From assembly GCA_964584035.1 (NCBI GenBank), contig CAZOYL010000090.1:1-10962 (forward strand): DNA of 10,962 nt. Reading direction: 5' to 3'. Positions within the stretch are counted from its first letter, which is position 1. The number at the start of each line of letters is the position of its first letter. The translations under genes were made by a program, and so were the position numbers. This stretch comes from an uncultured Gemmatimonadota bacterium. GTDB lineage: Bacteria; SM23-81. Of this stretch, positions 6,646 to 10,962 are shown one piece after another. The notes beneath the pieces are model-generated. The model worked only from the letters and a program-made list of their open reading frames with translations. It was not told where the DNA came from and did no database searches.

Positions 6646-7731
6646 TTACTGCTCTATGCCCGAGGACGTGTCCGGCTGCCCGAAGGAAAGGACCGGGATG
6701 AGCCAGTTCTGTGACAGGTTGTCGTCCCATCGACGGCCATCGGTGAAGGCGAAATCGATCCCCTCGACCTGTTCGCCGGTGGGCACGACCGTCCACCAGA
6801 TCTCCTCGGAGAGGAGATCCATGGGCGTTTGCACGGCGGCGCCCTCTTCCCGCTCGATCGTTTCCTCCGGCTGCCGGGACGGCACCGTCCAGCCGTTTAC
6901 GCCCCAGTGCAGCCAGATCTGTTCGGCGCCCTGCAGGGGGCCGCCCCGGGCATCGTAGAGGATGGAGATCTCCTGTCCCCGGCGGGGCTCCTCGGGCTCC
7001 CAGATGACCCATCCGGGCTGCCGCTCTTCGGCCGGTTCATCGAAGACGGCCCGATGGTACCAGTCATCCCCGGTATTCAGGTGAAAGCTGATCAGACCGG
7101 CCTCATCCAGCTCCAGAACGGAGTGATAATATCCCGAACCGTCGGGCTCATACAGATAGCTGTCGATATCGATGAATCGCTCCTCCAGGCCGTTGATGAT
7201 ATAGGCATAGAGGTATCGGCCCGCCGGAAAGGGAAGAGATGTCTCCCAGAATCCGTCCCCGTCGTCATCCTCCAGGGGAACGGCCCGCCCCGGATCCCAA
7301 TCCGAAAAGTCTCCCGTCACCCGCACATCCCAGATCCGATCGGGAATGGTGTACCGTTTCAGCTCCACTTCTATATAGATGGCCTCATCCTCCTCCAGGG
7401 AGAAACGGTAGACGTATGGATCATAGCGCGGCTTGATAATCTCCAGCCGATAGCTGCCGGGCATCAAGCCTTCCGTCCGGAATTCGCCCCGGCTGCTGAG
7501 CTCCAGGGTCCAGAAGTTGCCGGCCTCTTCTGCATCTTCACCCGGGCCCGCCAGCACGGCGTCCACATCGTCGAATCCCCGGCCGGACTCCAGAACGACT
7601 CTCCCGGTGAGGGAACTCTCCTCCGGGAAAAGCAGCCATTCCGCCTGGTATACGGCCCCGCAGCCCAACAACAGGAGCGGGACGATCGGCCAGCAGACGA
7701 TGATCGACTTAAGGGCAGCAGATTTCCTGAT
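6646..7731 (-). CDS. Acidic non-catalytic lipoprotein: carboxypeptidase-regulatory-like domain + CBM48/AMPK-type glycogen-binding module + CBM25/CBM53-like starch-binding module (about 361 aa if initiated at ATC 7731)
   Basis: Domain 1 LTGRVV..GEFRTEGLMPGSYRLEIIKPRY; domain 2 VRVTGDFSDWD..LEDDDGDGFWETSLPFPAGRYLYAYIING; domain 3 GQEISILYD..IWLHWGVNGW..IDFAFTDGRRWDDNLSQNW. In-frame extension upstream of TTG 7671 gives (I/M)RKSAALKSIIVCWPIVPLLLLGC with lipobox LLGC. The start position is inferred. Confidence 0.75.
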   Translation of the reverse strand: MRKSAALKSIIVCWPIVPLLLLGCGAVYQAEWLLFPEESSLTGRVVLESGRGFDDVDAVLAGPGEDAEEAGNFWTLELSSRGEFRTEGLMPGSYRLEIIKPRYDPYVYRFSLEEDEAIYIEVELKRYTIPDRIWDVRVTGDFSDWDPGRAVPLEDDDGDGFWETSLPFPAGRYLYAYIINGLEERFIDIDSYLYEPDGSGYYHSVLELDEAGLISFHLNTGDDWYHRAVFDEPAEERQPGWVIWEPEEPRRGQEISILYDARGGPLQGAEQIWLHWGVNGWTVPSRQPEETIEREEGAAVQTPMDLLSEEIWWTVVPTGEQVEGIDFAFTDGRRWDDNLSQNWLIPVLSFGQPDTSSGIEQ

Positions 7732-7747
7732 GACGGCCTCCTCCTTC

Positions 7748-7797
7748 CGGGGTCATCACCCTCTCGGGGGATCACCCTCCCGGGGTCATCACCTTCC
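7748..7797. repeat. Three tandem 16-17-bp direct repeats overlapping the HD-gene stop codon
   Basis: Plus strand CGGGGTCATCACCCTCT (7748-7764), CGGGGGATCACCCTCC (7765-7780), CGGGGTCATCACCTTCC (7781-7797). Confidence 0.85.
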
Positions 7798-8334
7798 CAG
7801 ATGCCGCTTCAGGGACTCATAGTTCAGAAAATCGGCGTGGGTGATGATGATGGCCTCCACCGAGCGCCTGGCCCCCTCCCCTTCCTTGGCGTGCAGCGCC
7901 ACCATGTGAGTCACCTCATCGGGCAGATTGTGCTTGAAGGTCAGGGCGGCCCCGGTGAAGGGATGCCGCAACAGCTCTCCCCGGCGGCTCTTGATGATGA
8001 CTCCCCCCTGGCGACGGTATTCCAGTAGCTTGCCGATATCGTGCAGCAGCGCCCCGGCCGCCAGATGGTCCATATTGATGGCGATGGCCTCCCCGTAAAT
8101 CTCCCGCATCACGCCGGCCGCCTCCACCGCCGTCCGCGTCACGGCCCGGACATGGTCCAAAAATCCGATGGGACAGTCCGGGATCAGCAGGGTGAAGGGG
8201 ATCTTGTTCAGGTCGGCCGGTTCCCAGCCGCCTAACTCCAGGGCTTCCCTCCAGACGGCTAAAACTTTTTCTCTGAGATCATCGGCAGCGATGAGGTCCA
8301 GCTCGGGGATCAGTTTTTTCAGCGCGTCATCCAT
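7789..8334 (-). CDS. Stand-alone HD-domain (HDIG) metal-dependent phosphohydrolase, about 181 aa
   Basis: Metal-ligand pattern DHV...LLHDIGK...RHP...THMVALH...HADF. ATG at 8334 has an AGGGGAG RBS; an alternative in-frame ATG lies at 8376. Confidence 0.87.
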   Translation of the reverse strand: MDDALKKLIPELDLIAADDLREKVLAVWREALELGGWEPADLNKIPFTLLIPDCPIGFLDHVRAVTRTAVEAAGVMREIYGEAIAINMDHLAAGALLHDIGKLLEYRRQGGVIIKSRRGELLRHPFTGAALTFKHNLPDEVTHMVALHAKEGEGARRSVEAIIITHADFLNYESLKRHLGR

Positions 8335-8380
8335 CGGTCGCTCTCCCCTGGGATCGGTCGTCCGGTCCCCCGGCATGGTC
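8331..8380. repeat. Degenerate tandem duplication (about 2.4 copies of a 20-21-bp unit) filling the sucD-like/HD spacer
   Basis: Minus strand GACCATGCCGGGGGACCGGAC (8380-8360), GACCGATCCCAGGGGAGAGC (8359-8340), GACCGATGG (8339-8331). Confidence 0.55.
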
Positions 8381-9246
8381 TATAATCCCTGTTCCTGCAG
8401 TATTCTGGGAATATCCTGAAAGGTCCTGGCCCAGTGGCCCCCGGCCTCCTCCAGCACCTCCACCTTGTGGCCGGCGGTCCCCATCTCTCCCTCCACGATG
8501 GCCCCGGCATGCCCCATCCGTTTTCCGGGCGGAGCGGTGATGCCGCCGATCATGAAAACGACCGGCTTGCTCATCCGGGATACCCGCTCGGCGGCTCGTT
8601 CCTCGTATACCCCGCCAATTTCCCCCACCATGACGACCGCTTCGGTCTCATTATCGGCATCGAACAGATCCAGGATCTCATCGAAGGTGCTGCCCAGGAT
8701 GGGATCGCCGCCCAGCCCCACACAGGTGGTCTCGCCGTATCCGGTCCGGGTCAGGGTGTCGGCCACATAATAGGTGATGGAGCCGGAACGGGACACGGTC
8801 CCCACCCGTCCCTTCTTGAAGGCGATATCGGGAATGATGCCCAGGTTGGCCTCCCCGGGACTGATGATCCCGGCGGTGTTGCCGCCGATCACGCGTGTGC
8901 CGTGCCGGACAGCCGCCTCGCGAACCTTGAGCATATCGTGAATGGGAATGTGCTCCGGGACCACCACCGCCAGCTTCAGGCCGGCATAGGCCGCCTCAAT
9001 GGCGGCGTCTCTGACAAACTGGGCCGGAAGAAAAAGCACGCTGGCCTCGACGCCGGTTTCCTCAACAGCCTCGGCGACCGTGTCGAACACCGGCACCCCG
9101 TGAACCTCCTGACCTCCCTTGCCGGGAGAAGTGCCGGCCACGATATTGGTGCCATAGTCCAGCATGCGTTTGGTATGAAAACTCCCCGAGCCGCCGGTGA
9201 TTCCCTGCACCAGAACCCGGGTCTTATTATTAACCAGTATGGACAT
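8380..9246 (-). CDS. sucD: Succinyl-CoA synthetase alpha-subunit-like protein (NDP-forming acyl-CoA ligase), about 288 aa; substrate uncertain
   Basis: MSILVNNKTRVLVQGITG CoA-binding fold, PGKGG, SRSG, GLGGDP, GEIGG and phospho-His loop PPGKRMGHAGAI. ATG at 9246 with GAGGAG RBS. The usual GPNCPG reads GGNTAG. Confidence 0.85.
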   Translation of the reverse strand: MSILVNNKTRVLVQGITGGSGSFHTKRMLDYGTNIVAGTSPGKGGQEVHGVPVFDTVAEAVEETGVEASVLFLPAQFVRDAAIEAAYAGLKLAVVVPEHIPIHDMLKVREAAVRHGTRVIGGNTAGIISPGEANLGIIPDIAFKKGRVGTVSRSGSITYYVADTLTRTGYGETTCVGLGGDPILGSTFDEILDLFDADNETEAVVMVGEIGGVYEERAAERVSRMSKPVVFMIGGITAPPGKRMGHAGAIVEGEMGTAGHKVEVLEEAGGHWARTFQDIPRILQEQGL

Positions 9247-9260
9247 GCTTTTCTCCTCGA

Positions 9261-9295
9261 TCGGCGTGTGAAGACTCATCGGTGAACCGGACTCA
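9261..9295. repeat. Imperfect two-copy 17-18-bp tandem duplication starting at the sucC-like stop codon
   Basis: Minus strand TGAGTCCGGTTCACCGA (9295-9279) then TGAGTCTTCACACGCCGA (9278-9261), sharing TGAGTC, TTCAC and CCGA. Confidence 0.4.
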
Positions 9296-10477
9296 ACCTT
9301 TGGCCAGCTCCACCGCCCGCTGGGCGACCTCCTCGATGGGTGTCTCGATGCCGTGAATCTCGACCTGCTCGAACAGCTCGGGATGTTCCTTTTTGGCCTC
9401 CTCGAACAGGCGCACACCCTCCTGCCACATGTTGCCCGTCATGCGCATGACCATGGGCTTGGACAGACCGTGCTCGGTCAGGAACATGATCACGCCCTTG
9501 GCGAAATCGTCGCAGCGCGATATGCCCCCGAAGCGAGCCCCGAAGATGGCCTTGACGTCGGGATTTTCATCCAGCAGCACCAGCATCTGGGCCAGCCGTT
9601 CCGGCTTGGGACCCCCGCCGGAATCCATAAAATTGGCCGGCTGGCCGCCGAAGTGCTCGACGAAATCGTTGCCCATGATGCCGAATCCGGCGCCGCCGGG
9701 GAACATACCGATGTTTCCATCGAGATCCAGGTAGGGAATGCCCCATCCCTGAGCCTGCTGCTCCCGGGGGGTCATCTCCCCCTCCTCGTGCCGCTTCTCG
9801 ATGCCCATCTCGGCCAGATCCTTGTGCCGGAAAAGGGCGTCATCGTCCAAGTTCATACGGGCGTCGGCGGCCACGTACTGGCCGTCGGCCAGCCGGACCA
9901 GGGGATTGATCTCCACCAGCTTGGCATCGTACTTCTTGTAGAGCCCATATAACCGGGCGATGATCGAGCCCACCGTTCGCAGATCGCCTCCGGAGGCCCC
10001 CAGCTTTTTGGCCAGAGCCATTCCCTGAAAGGGATAGAAAGGCTCGTCGATGCCCAGGCTCAGCCGGTGAATCTTCTCCGGGTTCTTCCTGGCCGTCTCC
10101 TCGATGTCCACCCCCCCCTGGGAGCAGGCGATGACGACCAGCTTATAATTGATCCGGTCGATGGTCACGCCCAGGTAGTATTCATCGGCGATATCCAGCC
10201 TGGGGGCGACCAGCACCTTCTCGACGTCATAGCCGCGGATCTTCAGGGCCAGGATCTCCTCGGCGGCCCGGGCCGCTTCCTCGGGGGTCTCCGCCAGCTT
10301 GATGCCGCCGGCCTTGCCCCTGCCCCCGATGAGAACCTGGGCTTTGACAGCCACCGGACCGCCCAGTTTCTCGGCCGCCTGGCCTGCCTCACGGGGCGTG
10401 GCGGCCAGGATCTCCTCCTTCACCGGAATGCCGGCCTTGGCGAACAGGCTTTTGGCCTCGTGCTCGTAAAGTCTCAC
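9293..10477 (-). CDS. sucC: Succinyl-CoA synthetase beta-subunit-like protein (ATP-grasp + ligase domain), 394 aa; substrate uncertain
   Basis: GTG start behind GGAGGAG. LYEHEAK, VKAQVLIGGRGKAGGI, GGVDIEE, VEINPL, DARMNLDDDALFRH, LDGNIG, PANFMD, FGGISRCD. The C-terminal ligase domain diverges from typical SucC. Confidence 0.87.
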   Translation of the reverse strand: MRLYEHEAKSLFAKAGIPVKEEILAATPREAGQAAEKLGGPVAVKAQVLIGGRGKAGGIKLAETPEEAARAAEEILALKIRGYDVEKVLVAPRLDIADEYYLGVTIDRINYKLVVIACSQGGVDIEETARKNPEKIHRLSLGIDEPFYPFQGMALAKKLGASGGDLRTVGSIIARLYGLYKKYDAKLVEINPLVRLADGQYVAADARMNLDDDALFRHKDLAEMGIEKRHEEGEMTPREQQAQGWGIPYLDLDGNIGMFPGGAGFGIMGNDFVEHFGGQPANFMDSGGGPKPERLAQMLVLLDENPDVKAIFGARFGGISRCDDFAKGVIMFLTEHGLSKPMVMRMTGNMWQEGVRLFEEAKKEHPELFEQVEIHGIETPIEEVAQRAVELAKG

Positions 10478-10513
10478 ATTCTCCTCCGTCCGAAAAAGTA
10501 TTCCTTTTAAATG

Positions 10514-10962
10514 TTACATCTCTTTCTCAATCTCCGTGACAGCCTGATCGAAGATCTCCAGGGCCGTGTCGATGTGCTCCTCCTGGGCGATCAGGGGCGG
10601 TGAAAAGCGGATGGTGCTGACCCCGCAACCAAAGCAGATCAGGCCTTTTTTCCAGGCCCGGGTGACGATGGCGGTCCGTTCCTCCGGAGCATACTCTTTC
10701 GTCTCCTTATCCCTGACCACCTCCAGGCCGACCATCAGGCCCTTGCCGTTGACGCGGTCGATCAGCCGGTGCTCCTCCTGGATTTTCTGCAGTCCCTCCA
10801 GCAGCCGCTGTCCCTGCCGGGCGGCATTTTCCATGAGACCTTCCTGAACCAGACGGATGGTCTCCAGGGCGGCCACACAGGAGATGGGATTGCCGCCGAA
10901 GGTATTGGCGTGGGCCCCGGGGGGCCAGTCCATCAGATCGTGGGGGGCGACGCAGGCGCCCA
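10514..10962 (-). CDS. Class-III PLP-dependent aminotransferase (4-aminobutyrate/ornithine omega-aminotransferase-like), C-terminal part only
   Basis: Frame open to the right edge: GACVAPHDLMDWPPGAHANTFGGNPISCVAAL, GKGLMVGLEVV, GLICFGCGVSTIRFSPPL. The PLP lysine lies outside the window. Confidence 0.88.
   Translation of the reverse strand, partial: GACVAPHDLMDWPPGAHANTFGGNPISCVAALETIRLVQEGLMENAARQGQRLLEGLQKIQEEHRLIDRVNGKGLMVGLEVVRDKETKEYAPEERTAIVTRAWKKGLICFGCGVSTIRFSPPLIAQEEHIDTALEIFDQAVTEIEKEM

Noticed and set aside
7748..7797. Direct repeats as a mini-CRISPR array
   Set aside because: Units are 16-17 bp, directly adjacent with no spacers, and no cas genes are present.
9247..9417. 57-aa N-terminal extension of the sucD-like ORF, and similar extensions given for trkH, trkA, GNAT and metV
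   Set aside because: These extensions overlap upstream genes or promoters or precede the family-typical N-terminus; downstream starts fit better and mostly have clear RBSs.
181..10847. Long plus-strand ORFs in the track (e.g. 181-1116, 2145-3206, 4963-5907, 6829-8028, 8434-9285)
   Set aside because: They lie antisense to well-supported minus-strand genes, show no recognisable motifs, and are the shadow frames expected from GC-rich codon usage.

Overview
A GC-rich bacterial window, probably from an anaerobe, with every supportable gene on the minus strand. In transcription order (right to left): the 3' part of a class-III PLP aminotransferase; a divergent succinyl-CoA-synthetase-like ligase (beta then alpha subunit); an HD (HDIG) metal-dependent phosphohydrolase; a non-catalytic lipoprotein with two starch/glycogen-binding-type modules; metV-metF (acetogen-type methylene-THF reductase); a RimJ/RimL-type GNAT with trkA-trkH potassium uptake genes behind a TTGACA-N17-CATATT promoter; and a secreted papain-family (C1A) protease with lectin-like and Ig-like domains behind a second promoter with the same hexamers. 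The protease runs off the left edge and is missing from the ORF track. Most notable: (i) the SucCD-like pair keeps its nucleotide-binding and phospho-His motifs but has rewritten acid-binding motifs and sits between an omega-aminotransferase and an HD hydrolase, suggesting a non-succinate acyl-CoA pathway; (ii) the lipoprotein only has a complete signal peptide if it starts at an ATC codon behind a strong Shine-Dalgarno; (iii) three consecutive gene junctions carry short tandem duplications over stop/RBS/start signals; (iv) a degenerate heptamer array after metF lies between two blocks that are contiguous in another intergenic region. All family assignments come from motif recognition by eye; no database search was run.
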